A stretch of DNA of 64,000 nucleotides from Desulfobacterales bacterium GWB2_56_26 (GTDB taxonomy: Bacteria; Desulfobacterota; Desulfobulbia; Desulfobulbales; Desulfocapsaceae): NCBI GenBank assembly GCA_001799365.1, contig MGTI01000045.1, forward strand, positions 532 through 64,531, given 5' to 3'. Both the position numbers and the translations under genes were made by a program. This document shows, one piece after another, positions 48,688 to 59,361 of this stretch. How positions within the stretch are numbered: position 1 is the stretch's first letter; every line of letters begins with the position of its first letter. The notes beneath the pieces were generated by a model. The model did no database searches. It saw only the letters and a list, made by a program, of their open reading frames with translations, and had not been told where the DNA came from.

Positions 48688-51090
48688 TTATCTGGGAAGA
48701 CGGCCAGCCTTGGCAGCGGTCCGGTTTCTGAGCGAGTTCTGGATATACTTGCCGAGAACGCTTACGGCAATATCGGCGGACCGGAACACCGGCAGACCGT
48801 GGGTCTGGAACGCGTCGGCGAGATAATCGTACAGGCTGCCGCTGTCGACCACGACCACCAGCGGCTTTGGCGAAACATCGCTCAGTCTGGCAATCCGTTC
48901 GACAATCGACTTTTCGCGGTGGAAGTGATTGGGCGCCAGTTCCTCGGCAAGGGTGTGTAGGATCGGGGTTAAGGGAACGATGGCCACGATCACGGCGTCG
49001 ATACCCTTGTCTACCAAAAGCGTCTCGATGACCTCGACATAGACATCCTCGGAGGCCATGGGGGTGATATCGAGCGGGTTGTGCACCGCGGCAAGGGTCG
49101 TCAGTCCCGCGCCGGCCAGGATGGTCTGCAGGCGCGTGTGGGTCTCATTGCTCAAATCGGCAATTTCCAGACGATAATCTTCGCCCAGGAGGTTGTCGGC
49201 GATGCCTACCGCCTCGTAGCCGGCGTTGCTGATTGCCGCCAGCCGGTTGCCGAGGATGCTCTTTTTGTGGAGGGCGCAGGCCAGCCGCAGCAAGCCTTCA
49301 AAGACGTTGAAGGTTTCCGCTACCATCGCCCCGGCCTGGCCGATGCACGACTCACAGACCATATAGTCGCCGGCGATGGAGGCGGTATGGCCGGACAAGG
49401 CGTTTTTGCCCTCCGGAGTTCGTCCGGCCTTGTAGAAAATGACTTCCTTGCCGCGTGGAATGGCCTCCCTGATGGCCCGGGCAAAACTCAGGCCGTCGAG
49501 GTCGGCAAAGCCCTCCATGTAGAAGGCGAGGGTCTGTAGTTCATCCACCCCATTCAGATAATGGAGAAAATCGCCGGCGGTAAGATCGAGCTGGTTGCCG
49601 ATGGAGACGGCGTAGGCCGGATCGAGAAAATTCAGTTTGCTCATCCGGGTGATCATGTAGGCACCGCTCTGGCTGACCAGGCCGAGGGTGCGGCGGTGGT
49701 CGCCGCGGTTCTTCGGCAGTTTGGAATCGGGGATGAACATGGCGTCGTAACGGCCGGGATGGGAGAGGATGCCGAGACTGTTGGCGCCGAGAAAGATCGG
49801 CGCCTCCTCGGAGTGCCTCCGGGCGGCGACAATCTTCTGCTGAATCTCCAGGATGAGGTGCTGTTGCCCTTCCTGCTCGCCCAGCCCGCCTGCGATAAGC
49901 AGGACGCTGTCGGCAAGGTTGTTCTGCAGGATGTTATCGATCATGTTCGGCACCTGGGCGCCGTCCACCGCCAGGATCAGCAGATCGAGCTTCTGCGGCA
50001 GGGCAGAAAGCTCGCTCAGGGTAGGGATGCCGTCGATCTCTTTGGCTGTCGGATGGATGAGAGAAAGATCCTGCCGGGGAAAGCCGTTCGCCAGGATATT
50101 CTGCAGGATGATCCGGCCGATATTGGTTTTTCGCGCGGAAATGCCGACGATGCCGATCGAGGCGGGATGGAGCATCTTCTCGATCTTGGCGATGGGTCGG
50201 GGCGGCTGAATGCGCCTCTCCGTTGAAAATCGGCATAGCCCGTCGAGCGGCATCATCAGGTAGTTGCTGAAGGCAAAGGGGTTGACCTCCAGTTCTTCGA
50301 TTACATAGGGAGCGGCAGTGTTTAAGGGAGAAAAATATTGGGCGACCTGGATCAGGGCCGCAAAGCACTCCAGCAGCTGGTCGTCGGTGACGATCCGCTT
50401 CTGGCCGCGGGTAAGGCCCGCCAGTTTCTTGTAGGAGATGGTGTTCTTGAACAGCGCAAAGAAGGCGGCCCCGTCGACCTGTTCGGTGGAGGCGGAGACC
50501 ACCGCCTGGCCTTTCTTAAACCTCGCGGCGTAGAGTTCGGTATCACGGCCGCCGAGCCCGGCGCTGAGGATGAGGCCGAATTCCCGGGTGTTGCGGAGGC
50601 TGACCAGCAGCTCGTTGCCGAATTCCTCGGAATCGGGGCGCATATACTGGCAGAGGATATAGCCTCTGATGTCGGCGGCGACGGACTCCTGCACCTCTTC
50701 AGCAGCTAACCCACGGTAGCGGGCCGGGGCTTCCTCAGGCCGGCGAAGGATGATCTCGGCATACTTTTCCGGGATTTCGCAGCTCATCCGGCGGAGAGTA
50801 GACAGCACTTCGTCGTTGTTCTTTCGGACAATCCGGACCCCGCCGACATCGCTCTTATGGAGAATGTAGGGGGAGACCACCTTGATGACCACCTTCTCGC
50901 CCGGCAGCTTGTCGAGCAATCGTCCGTCGAATCGCTCGTCTTTTGCCAGCAGGAAGAACTGCGGCGGCGTTTCCCCGCCGATCAGCCGGATAAACTCGTA
51001 GACTTCATACTCGAAGAGATAGTCGCGGCCTTGGCCGGCAGCTCGGTCGAACAGGGCGGTGAGGCCGGTGAAATCGATGTGGGTCTGCAT
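48688..51090 (-). CDS. Acetate--CoA ligase (ADP-forming) family, single chain (ATP-grasp, then CoA-binding and ligase domains)
   Basis: KVVSP-x2-HKSDVGGV, ELEVNP, GANSLG, SQSGA, SIGNQLD, GHTASIAG (phospho-His), NPLD. Confidence 0.88.
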   Translation of the reverse strand: MQTHIDFTGLTALFDRAAGQGRDYLFEYEVYEFIRLIGGETPPQFFLLAKDERFDGRLLDKLPGEKVVIKVVSPYILHKSDVGGVRIVRKNNDEVLSTLRRMSCEIPEKYAEIILRRPEEAPARYRGLAAEEVQESVAADIRGYILCQYMRPDSEEFGNELLVSLRNTREFGLILSAGLGGRDTELYAARFKKGQAVVSASTEQVDGAAFFALFKNTISYKKLAGLTRGQKRIVTDDQLLECFAALIQVAQYFSPLNTAAPYVIEELEVNPFAFSNYLMMPLDGLCRFSTERRIQPPRPIAKIEKMLHPASIGIVGISARKTNIGRIILQNILANGFPRQDLSLIHPTAKEIDGIPTLSELSALPQKLDLLILAVDGAQVPNMIDNILQNNLADSVLLIAGGLGEQEGQQHLILEIQQKIVAARRHSEEAPIFLGANSLGILSHPGRYDAMFIPDSKLPKNRGDHRRTLGLVSQSGAYMITRMSKLNFLDPAYAVSIGNQLDLTAGDFLHYLNGVDELQTLAFYMEGFADLDGLSFARAIREAIPRGKEVIFYKAGRTPEGKNALSGHTASIAGDYMVCESCIGQAGAMVAETFNVFEGLLRLACALHKKSILGNRLAAISNAGYEAVGIADNLLGEDYRLEIADLSNETHTRLQTILAGAGLTTLAAVHNPLDITPMASEDVYVEVIETLLVDKGIDAVIVAIVPLTPILHTLAEELAPNHFHREKSIVERIARLSDVSPKPLVVVVDSGSLYDYLADAFQTHGLPVFRSADIAVSVLGKYIQNSLRNRTAAKAGRLPR

Positions 51091-51359
51091 GCGTCTTGAT
51101 CCTTGAAGGTGGAGATAGAGGACTCTATTGTCTCCGATGTCGAAGAGATCTCGCAACAAAAAATAAGCAGTGGACGAAATTAGCACTTTAATGATTCATC
51201 TCATGTTTTTTAGAGAATTTCGTGAAGGTACTTATCCCGCTTGCAGGGGGCTTGCGGAAGATTGGCTGCAGCAGTGGAGAATTCGGCAAGAATATGTGCA
51301 AATGCACACTTTGTGGTATTGTCCGATTTGCAAAACCATTTACAATGACCACAATGACC

Positions 51360-51383
51360 GGGCGAAAATTATTTCGCCCCAAC
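51360..51383. repeat. GTAG-type REP-like palindrome, degenerate copy 2
   Basis: Minus strand reads GTTGGGGCGAAATAATTTTCGCCC. Confidence 0.5.
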
Positions 51384-51408
51384 ACATATCAGGAAGGAGG
51401 TGGGCGGC

Positions 51409-53118
51409 ATGGGCAAAAAAGTGGTGATTATCGGGGCGGTGGCCCTGGGACCGAAGGTCGCCTGCAGGCTGAGACGCCTGGATCCCTCGGCCGAAATCAT
51501 CCTCCTCGATCGCGACAACCTCATTTCCTACGGCGGTTGCGGCATTCCCTATTATGTCGGGGGAGATATCAACGACATTGAGGACCTGCAGAAAACCACC
51601 GCTCATGTCCTTCGCGACCAAGCCTTTTTCGCCGATTACAAAGGCATTCGGGTGCTCACACGGGTGGAGGCGCGGGAGATCCGCCGGCGGGAAAAGCGGG
51701 TCCGGATCTGCCATCTCGAAACCGGCCGGGAAGAATTCCTTGACTACGACAAGCTGGTGCTCGCCACCGGCGCCCGGGCCGTGCGACCGCCTTTCCCGGG
51801 GGCCGATCTGCCGCGGGTTCTGACGGTCTCCGACCTGCACGATGCCGAAACCATCAAAAAACTCATGGCGACCGGCAAAATCGGCAAGGCGGCGGTCATC
51901 GGCGCTGGGGCCATCGGCCTGGAGATTACCGAGGCGCTGACCGACCTGTGGGGCGTTACAACCACCCTGATCGAAATGGAAGATCAGGTCCTGCCGACCC
52001 TGCTTGGCAAATGCATCGCCCGCGTTGCTGCCAAGGAGCTGGAAAAACATGGCGTGAGCCTTCTCCTCGAAACCAAGGTCATGGCGATCGCCGAAGATGG
52101 TGACACCGGGAGGCTGACGGTGCATACCTCGCGGACGACCTTCGATGTGGATATCGTGGTCCTGGCTGCAGGCGTGAGACCCAATACCGAACTGGCCCGG
52201 GAAGCGGACCTGGCGCTCGGCATGTCCGGGGCGATCAGCGTCGACCGGCGGTTGCGGACCAGCGATCCCGACATCTACGCGGGCGGCGATTGTATAGAGG
52301 TGCGCAATCTGGTGAGCGGCGAAAATACCCCGATGGCCCTCGGCTCACTTGCCAACCGCCAGGGGCGGATCATCGCCACCAATATCAGCGGCGGCCAGAG
52401 TCATTTCAAGGGGACAGTGGGCACCTTCTGCCTCAAGCTCTTCGATTTCGCGATCAGCAAGGCCGGACTCACCTACCGGCAGGCGAGGGAGACGGGTTTC
52501 GATCCGGTCTATGCGGTGGTGTCCCAGGTAGATCATGCCCATTTCTATCCCAGTTCGGAGATGCTCTATATCGCCCTGGTCGCCGACCGCAAGTCGCGGA
52601 AGATCTTAGGGATTGAGGCGGCCGGCAAAAACGGCGACGCGGTGAAGGCGAGGGTCGATACCGTGGCCGTCCTCCTCCGCCATGGCCTCGATGTCGACGA
52701 GGTCTGCAGTCTGGAAACCGGCTATGCCCCGCCTTTTGCCTCGGCCATGGATGTGATCAACAACGCCGGCAATGCCCTCGACAATATCCTCGCCGGCAGC
52801 AACCGGCCGGTCGATGCCGCCGATTTTCTCTACGAGTTTGCCCGCAAAACCACCCGCGTTCTCGATATCCGCGGCGAAAAGGAGGCGGAGCCGTATAAAG
52901 AAAAGTATGGCGCGAGATGGCTGAATATTCCGCAGAATCAGCTGCGCAGGCGAATTACCGAAATCCCGGCGGACGAACCGTTGTTCCTGCTCTGCGACAC
53001 TGGGCCCAGGTCCTACGAGGCCCAGGTCTTCCTAGCCTCGCAGGGACTGACCAATACCAGGAACATCCAAGGGGGCCTCGCGATGATCAAGGTCACCGAG
53101 CCGGAGTTTGTCTCGTGA
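51409..53118 (+). CDS. CoA-disulfide/persulfide reductase-like flavoprotein with a C-terminal rhodanese domain
   Basis: VVIIGAVALG, SYGGCGIPY, LATGA, VIGAGAIG, IYAGGDC, YAPPF, rhodanese LLCDTGPRSY; GGAGG RBS. Confidence 0.88.
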   Translation: MGKKVVIIGAVALGPKVACRLRRLDPSAEIILLDRDNLISYGGCGIPYYVGGDINDIEDLQKTTAHVLRDQAFFADYKGIRVLTRVEAREIRRREKRVRICHLETGREEFLDYDKLVLATGARAVRPPFPGADLPRVLTVSDLHDAETIKKLMATGKIGKAAVIGAGAIGLEITEALTDLWGVTTTLIEMEDQVLPTLLGKCIARVAAKELEKHGVSLLLETKVMAIAEDGDTGRLTVHTSRTTFDVDIVVLAAGVRPNTELAREADLALGMSGAISVDRRLRTSDPDIYAGGDCIEVRNLVSGENTPMALGSLANRQGRIIATNISGGQSHFKGTVGTFCLKLFDFAISKAGLTYRQARETGFDPVYAVVSQVDHAHFYPSSEMLYIALVADRKSRKILGIEAAGKNGDAVKARVDTVAVLLRHGLDVDEVCSLETGYAPPFASAMDVINNAGNALDNILAGSNRPVDAADFLYEFARKTTRVLDIRGEKEAEPYKEKYGARWLNIPQNQLRRRITEIPADEPLFLLCDTGPRSYEAQVFLASQGLTNTRNIQGGLAMIKVTEPEFVS

Positions 53119-53133
53119 ATGGTTGAGGAACCG

Positions 53134-53589
53134 TCAGTGGATCGGTGATTCCACCGGTTTCTCCGCAACCACCATTTTCGGATACTGCTGCAGTTTCCCC
53201 TCCAGAGTGATGACCGTCCAATCGCCGTTGTCCTCGCAGGCTTTGACCAGGCATTCCACCTGGGAGCCGTCATAGAGCGCCAGCGCGCAGGGCTCGCCCA
53301 CATTCCGGCCGGTGATCGAAGTGAATTTCCTGCTTGCCGCGAGCTGTTTGAAGTGGGCGACCGCCTCTTCAAATGCGACGATCCGGTCGTGTTCCTCCGG
53401 ATCTATTTCCCGGATCTGTTGCCGTAACGCCTCGATTTCCTTTTTCTTGGCGGCGATGATGGCGATGGTCTTCTCCATTTCCGACTGCTGGTCGGAGGGG
53501 ATGGAGAAAAGAATCTGTTTCTGGATGTCGATATCCGCTTCGATATAATTGATTCTCTTTAAGATATCCTGCACGGTCGGTTTGATCAT
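53134..53589 (-). CDS. Hypothetical protein, 151 aa (N-terminal coiled coil, three Cys in the C-terminal half)
   Basis: Coding-like ORF with heptad pattern; no recognised family. Confidence 0.7.
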   Translation of the reverse strand: MIKPTVQDILKRINYIEADIDIQKQILFSIPSDQQSEMEKTIAIIAAKKKEIEALRQQIREIDPEEHDRIVAFEEAVAHFKQLAASRKFTSITGRNVGEPCALALYDGSQVECLVKACEDNGDWTVITLEGKLQQYPKMVVAEKPVESPIH

Positions 53590-53964
53590 TGGAGTTTCCT
53601 GGACAGGGTTTATGATTCTTCAGTAGAGAAGGGGATTTTGCTCGGATTGAGAGCAATGTGCAAGCAGGAAATCTGCTTTTTCGTCTTTTCAAACCGTAAA
53701 CCACCTACATCTTGCGACTACCCGCACCTCCGGAGGCGGAAACATCAGCTCAACTTCCTCATTGACCGGTCGACAGTTCATAAAGAAATTTTTATGTAGA
53801 TCATTGTCTTTTCAGACAATAATGAAAAACTTTGACGTTCATCGGTGGTGATGGTATGAATCGATATCCGGTTCTGCCTGCAAATCTTGACTTTTTGCAA
53901 CTGCTTTCCAGGCCGGCGAGATTGCCCCGCTTCCTCTCCAATATTGAGTTCAAGGAAGGGTTTC

Positions 53965-54336
53965 ATGGCCCCAAGATCTGTATTGATCGTCGATGATGAG
54001 GAGATCTGTCTTACCATCACCTCGGAAATGGTTAAAAAATTCGGCCTGCTGGCTATGCTGGCCAGGGACGGGTTTGAAGCGGTGGAGATCTTCAAGCGGC
54101 ACGGCATCGAGATCGTCTGTGTCCTGCTGGATCTGCAGATGCCGCGCATGAACGGCATAGATGCCTTTCGGCACATCAGGAAGCAGGATGAGAAGATGCC
54201 GGTGATCATCACCTCGGGCTATCTTACCGATACCAACCTTCTGCTTCTTCAGCCACTCAATCCGGCCGGGTATCTCAACAAACCGGTGAGCTACGAGGCC
54301 CTTTTCGGGTTCCTTAGGCGGATAACGGCCGGTTGA
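53965..54336 (+). CDS. Single-domain response regulator
   Basis: VLIVDDE, LLDLQMPRMNG, TSG, YLNKP. Confidence 0.85.
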   Translation: MAPRSVLIVDDEEICLTITSEMVKKFGLLAMLARDGFEAVEIFKRHGIEIVCVLLDLQMPRMNGIDAFRHIRKQDEKMPVIITSGYLTDTNLLLLQPLNPAGYLNKPVSYEALFGFLRRITAG

Positions 54337-54344
54337 CGACCCGT

Positions 54345-54944
54345 TTACGATGTGCCGCCAAGAAATTCCTTGTAGTGCTCCTGGGCGCAGGTGGGGCAGA
54401 TGCTGTGACTGAATATCGCCTCCGTATGATCGGACAGATATGCTTCAATGCTGTTCCAGTAGCCTTTGTCGTCACGAATGTTTTTGCATATCGCACAGAT
54501 CGGCAGCATGCCCTGCAGCTGTTTCACATGATCGAGGGCACTTCGCAACTCCGTCATCAGGCGCTGGCGTTCAATGGCGTAGCGGATACTGCGGATGATG
54601 GCGGTTGACGAGGACTCTCCCTTGAAGAGATAATCCTGCGCGCCTTTTCGTACCGCTGCAAAGGCCATCTCCAGATCCTTTGCTCCGGTCATGATGATCG
54701 TTGGAACTGCCGGATGTCTTTCATGGAACGCGACAAAAGTTTCCAGACCGAAGCTGTCCGGCAGGGCAAGGTCGATGATCGCCACATCGATTGCGGCCTT
54801 GTCTGCGGCGCACAAGGCGTTTTCGAGCCGGCTTTCATGCAGAATGACGGTCTCAAGCTCGTCGGATGAGATCAGGATTTCCCGGAGCAGGAAATAGTCG
54901 TCCGAACTGTCCTCAACGATCAGTGCCGTGATTTTTTGTTTCAT
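54345..54944 (-). CDS. Response regulator with a C-terminal Cys/His putative zinc-binding domain
   Basis: LIVEDS, IDLALPDS, GAQDYLFK; LPICAICKNIRDDKGYW...FSHSICPTC. Confidence 0.88.
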   Translation of the reverse strand: MKQKITALIVEDSSDDYFLLREILISSDELETVILHESRLENALCAADKAAIDVAIIDLALPDSFGLETFVAFHERHPAVPTIIMTGAKDLEMAFAAVRKGAQDYLFKGESSSTAIIRSIRYAIERQRLMTELRSALDHVKQLQGMLPICAICKNIRDDKGYWNSIEAYLSDHTEAIFSHSICPTCAQEHYKEFLGGTS

Positions 54945-55405
54945 CGATCATCCTGTCTCCGCGGCAGTTTGACCAGCTGCAGCCAGAACCCCTCCACCTG
55001 TCTGATGATTTCCGTGAATCTGGCAAAATCGACCGGTTTGGTGATATAGCAGTTGGCGTGCAGCTTATACGCCTTGAGGATATCCCCCTCATCGTCGGAG
55101 GTGGTCAATACGACGACCGGAATATCGGTGAGATCTTGATCCTCACGGATCTCCTTCAAGACCTCGCGGCCGTCCATCAAGGGCAGGTTCAAGTCCAGAA
55201 GAATCAGGTCGGGTCGCGGTTTGCCGGCGTATTTGCCCTCGCGGCGCAGATAGGCCATGGCGGACATGCCGTCCGAGACCGTATCGATCTCCATGCGTAC
55301 TTTTGAATCCTGCAGTGCTTCCAGGGTCAACTCGATATCATCCTGATTGTCCTCGACCAAGAGGACAATCGCCGGCTTGAGAGTAAGTTCCGTCATGATT
55401 GTCAC
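54941..55405 (-). CDS. Single-domain response regulator (Rcp1/phytochrome-partner type)
   Basis: LLVEDNQDD, PDLILLDLNLP, VLTTS, ANCYITKPVD, FWL; overlaps both neighbours. Confidence 0.9.
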   Translation of the reverse strand: MTIMTELTLKPAIVLLVEDNQDDIELTLEALQDSKVRMEIDTVSDGMSAMAYLRREGKYAGKPRPDLILLDLNLPLMDGREVLKEIREDQDLTDIPVVVLTTSDDEGDILKAYKLHANCYITKPVDFARFTEIIRQVEGFWLQLVKLPRRQDDR

Positions 55406-57342
55406 ATGTTTTTCGGCAAAGTGAAATAAAAGACCGATCCTCCGGTGGTGTTGGACTCGACCCAGATGGTGCCGCCGTGTCGTTCGACGATTCTTTTGCA
55501 GAGGGCAAGGCCCAGTCCGGTTCCCGGATATTCCCGGTCGGTGTGCAACCGTTGGAAAACCATGAAGATCCGCTGGTGAAACTGCGGCGATATGCCAATG
55601 CCGTTGTCTTGTACCCGAAAACGATAACTATCGTCAAGTTCCCGAAAGTCGATGTGGACACGGGGACTGGCACTTTCATTATAGCGCAGGGCGTTGACCA
55701 GAAGATTCTGGAAAAGGCTGCGGATCTGGTTCTCATCGATGCTGAGGGTCGGCAGCGTCCCGCAGATCACCTCTGCATTCTTCTCTTTTAATGTTGTCTG
55801 AAGGTTGTCCAGCACACTCTGGACCAGGAGATTGAGATCCGTCGGCAGGAAGGTCGACCCTTTCGAATTGACCCTTGATAGGGTCAGCAATTCCCGGATT
55901 AAGGTCTGCATGCGATGAGCGGCTTTCACCGACCTGTCGATGTAGTGCTTGCCCTTATCATCCACTTTATCTTCATAACGGTTCTCCAGCAGCTGAAGAA
56001 ATCCGACAATCGCGCGCAAAGGTTCCTGCAGATCGTGCGACGCCACATAGGCAAACTGTTCCAGTTCCCGGTTGGATCGTTCCAGAGCCTCCCGAGCCTT
56101 CTTGCGCTCGGTGAGATCGATGCCGTACAGATTGATGTAGGCTTCCCCCGGAGGCCGGACAGCGGTAATGCCGAAGGTTTGGCCGGCTGGGTTGACGATT
56201 TCTGTGTCGATGGCATGGCCGCAACGACTGGCTTTGACTACTGCCTTGAGTACCGGTTCGGGCAAGGGGGTACTCCCGAATATCTGCCGGGAAAGGGTAG
56301 CCAGCCACCTGCCAGCCGAGACATTGGCATACATAATGGTTCCGTCGGGCGTGCATCGCATTACCGGGCAGGGATTTTCCTCAGGGAAGTTCGCCAATTG
56401 CCTTAATTTATCCTCGATATATTTTCGTTCGGTGATGTCGTGCACCATCCCCAGCGAGCGGATTATCCGTCCCTCTTCGTCCCGCACATGCTGGCATTTC
56501 TCGTGGACGAAACGTATTGCGCCGTCACTCTTGCGGATGACGCGATGTTCGATCTCGTACGAGTCGAGCCCTGCTCGGATCGAGTCCGAATAGGCCTCAT
56601 TGACCGCAGTGCGGTCGTCCGGATGGACATGTTCCAGAAAAGCTTCGTAGGTGGCGGCAAACTCCTGGGGCATAAGTCCGAAGATTCTATATACCTCGTC
56701 CGACCAGACCAACTCGTTTTTCCGGAGATCCAGCTCCCAGCTGCCCAGATGAGCGATCTCCTGGGACCGATTGAGCCTTTTCTCGCTCTCTCGTAGTGCC
56801 TCTTCAGTTTTTTTGCGTTCGCTGATATCGGTGAAGAGAACGGCGAATTTTCCGGGAGCAACTTGGTAGGCATAGACGCCGTACCAGCGCTTCAGGGGCG
56901 CCGCATAATTCTCGATATGGACTGGGGCGCCGCCAAGTGCCACCCGGCCGAAAGTCTCGATCCAGTGCGTCTCGATTTCGGGCATGACCTGCCTGACCGT
57001 TCTGCCGATCACCGACTCTCGACAGAGGCCGGTCAGACGTTCGAAGGCGGGGTTGATTTCGAGGAACCGGTAATCGACCGGCTGTTCGTCTGCCCCGCAA
57101 ATGATTTCATGGAGGGCGAACCCCTCGGTCATGCTGTTGAAGAGGGAATGGTACCGCTCTTCATTCTCCTGGAGCTGAACCGTTCGATCGGCCACACGCC
57201 ATTCTAAAATTTCGTTGCTGATCCTGAGTTCCTGTTCGGAACGTTTCCTGCGGCGCTGTTCGGCAAGCAGCAGGCCGATCAGCAGCAACTGGACCAGCAG
57301 GACAGTAAAAAATCCTATGATATGCCATTGGTAGGAAGTCAT
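55402..57342 (-). CDS. Multi-PAS sensor histidine kinase with a single N-terminal TM helix
   Basis: Three PAS-like segments; ELEQFAYVASHDLQEPLR, QNLLVNA, DNGIGI, FQRLHT, GTGLGL. Confidence 0.9.
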   Translation of the reverse strand: MTSYQWHIIGFFTVLLVQLLLIGLLLAEQRRRKRSEQELRISNEILEWRVADRTVQLQENEERYHSLFNSMTEGFALHEIICGADEQPVDYRFLEINPAFERLTGLCRESVIGRTVRQVMPEIETHWIETFGRVALGGAPVHIENYAAPLKRWYGVYAYQVAPGKFAVLFTDISERKKTEEALRESEKRLNRSQEIAHLGSWELDLRKNELVWSDEVYRIFGLMPQEFAATYEAFLEHVHPDDRTAVNEAYSDSIRAGLDSYEIEHRVIRKSDGAIRFVHEKCQHVRDEEGRIIRSLGMVHDITERKYIEDKLRQLANFPEENPCPVMRCTPDGTIMYANVSAGRWLATLSRQIFGSTPLPEPVLKAVVKASRCGHAIDTEIVNPAGQTFGITAVRPPGEAYINLYGIDLTERKKAREALERSNRELEQFAYVASHDLQEPLRAIVGFLQLLENRYEDKVDDKGKHYIDRSVKAAHRMQTLIRELLTLSRVNSKGSTFLPTDLNLLVQSVLDNLQTTLKEKNAEVICGTLPTLSIDENQIRSLFQNLLVNALRYNESASPRVHIDFRELDDSYRFRVQDNGIGISPQFHQRIFMVFQRLHTDREYPGTGLGLALCKRIVERHGGTIWVESNTTGGSVFYFTLPKNM

Positions 57343-57382
57343 ATTGATTTCTTCTTTCGAAAAAAGCGGATTGAGCAGATGT

Positions 57383-59035
57383 CTATCTGCCTATCACATG
57401 GTCGCCGCCTTTGACGGGTAACAGGACGGTAAATGTTGCGCCCTCTCCCGGATGGCTGTCGACCTTGATTTCGCCCTGGTGTTTATTGATAATATCCTGG
57501 CTGATCGACAAGCCCAGGCCGGTTCCTTTGACATCGAACTTGGTGGTGAAGAACGGTTGAAAGATCTGTCCCATGTCTGCAGGCTTTATGCCGCTGCCGT
57601 TGTCCTTGACTTCTGCCGCCACCCGGTCGTCTTCCAGCCGGGTACTGATAGTAATGACCCCGCCGCTTTGGGGGCAGGCGTCCATCGCGTTGACCAGCAG
57701 ATTGAGAAATACCTGTTTGATCTGATCAGCTACCGCCAGGATATGCGGCAGTTCCGCGGCATAGTTGCGCACCACGGAGATCTGCCGGGTGCGGAAATCG
57801 CTCCGGAACAACAGCAGGAGGGCATCGAGGGATTCGTGCAGGTTCACCGGTTGCTTCCGGCATGAAGACGGTCGGTTGAAATCCTGGAGATTGCGGACCA
57901 GGCTCTTGATCCTGTTGCTTTCATTGATGACGGTATCGAGCAACGCTCTGTCCTCGTCGGCCAAGAGTTCCATTTTCTGTAAGCCCTTCAGGAAGAAGAG
58001 AATGCCTTGCAGGGGATTGTTCAATTCATGGGCGATCGACGCAGAGAGCTTGCCGATTGCCGAAAGCTTCTCCGTATGCAGAAGCTGTTTCTGGGCGGTC
58101 TCCGCCTCCTGGTGTTTTTCTTCGAGCAACCTGTTGGTTTCTTGAAGGTTCCGGTTTAATTCCTCGATCTTTCGCAGTTGCCGGGTCAGCAGCCGGGACC
58201 TCCTGGCCATATCGATGATGGCGCCTACCTTGGCCAGCAGGATCTCGGCCGGGCAGGGGACGGCAATAAAGTCGGAGGCGCCGGCCGCATAGGCGCGCAG
58301 GATATCTTCATTGGTCCTGGTCGTCGTTGCGGCAAAGATGATCGGTATTCCTTTCAGTTCCTGCCGCCGACGGATCAAGGAGGCCAGCTCGAAACCATCC
58401 ATCACTGTCATGTCGACATCTATGACAACCAGACAGTATTCCTGCAGGAGGAGCAGTTGGAGGGCCTGATCGCCGGAGCGGGCGGTCCGGACCCGCGCTC
58501 CCACCAGTTTCTGCAGGATGGATTGGAGAGCGAGCAGGGCGGAAGGATTGCTGCCCACGACGAGGATGTCGACTTCATCCTCGCCGTAGAGCATATCCAG
58601 CTTGGCCTGCATGGTCTTGCCCTGGACATAGAGATCGACCATCTGGCGAACCTTGGCCTGGATGACCACAGGTTCGACAGGTTTGGTGAGATAGTCGACC
58701 GCCCCAAGCGACAGGGCGCGATCGAGGTGGTTGGCTTCCAGCCTGCCCCTCGACAGAAAGATGATCGGCAATCGAGGGTTCGTATGTCGGGCACGGATCA
58801 GGGTGGCGGTTTCAAAGCCGTCGAGTACCGGCATTCGCACATCCAGGATAATCAGCCCAACCTCATTTTCCTCCAGGAGTTGTAAGGCCTGGCGGCCGGA
58901 AGTAGCCTGGAGCAGATGGTAATCAGGATCCTGCAGAATTGCCTGGAGAGTGAGGAGATTATTCGGCTCATTATCTACCAGAAGGATCTTGGTACGGGCT
59001 TTCGAATGGTCGGGAAGAAGTGTAACAACGGGCAT
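57383..59035 (-). CDS. Hybrid histidine kinase with two N-terminal receiver domains
   Basis: ILLVDNE...LDVRMP; second receiver ILVVGSN...IDVDMT; EKLSAIGKLSASIAHELNNPL, QVFLNLLVNA, PFFTTK, GTGLGL. Confidence 0.9.
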   Translation of the reverse strand: MPVVTLLPDHSKARTKILLVDNEPNNLLTLQAILQDPDYHLLQATSGRQALQLLEENEVGLIILDVRMPVLDGFETATLIRARHTNPRLPIIFLSRGRLEANHLDRALSLGAVDYLTKPVEPVVIQAKVRQMVDLYVQGKTMQAKLDMLYGEDEVDILVVGSNPSALLALQSILQKLVGARVRTARSGDQALQLLLLQEYCLVVIDVDMTVMDGFELASLIRRRQELKGIPIIFAATTTRTNEDILRAYAAGASDFIAVPCPAEILLAKVGAIIDMARRSRLLTRQLRKIEELNRNLQETNRLLEEKHQEAETAQKQLLHTEKLSAIGKLSASIAHELNNPLQGILFFLKGLQKMELLADEDRALLDTVINESNRIKSLVRNLQDFNRPSSCRKQPVNLHESLDALLLLFRSDFRTRQISVVRNYAAELPHILAVADQIKQVFLNLLVNAMDACPQSGGVITISTRLEDDRVAAEVKDNGSGIKPADMGQIFQPFFTTKFDVKGTGLGLSISQDIINKHQGEIKVDSHPGEGATFTVLLPVKGGDHVIGR

Positions 59036-59361
59036 CGTAATTTCTCCGCTGATATATAATTGAAAACCTGGACACATGCCTGTGCAGGAGATTTCCTTTG
59101 GGCAAAAGCTCCTTATGAAATGATCAAATGTCGGCGATCTCTTGAAAAATGTCTACCAATTTTCAAGGCTGCGATACGAAAAGCTGACATTCGGTCGGAG
59201 CGCATCGCCGGCGCGTAACAAGTCGGGAAGTTGTGATAAAAAAGCGGTCCTTGACCGGTGATGTCAAAAAAGTGTAATTTGCCAAGGACGAACGGTACGG
59301 AGCTTTGGCAGAGTCTTTTTTATTTATGACTGCAACCGGAAAAACGTTGAACGGAGAGGGT

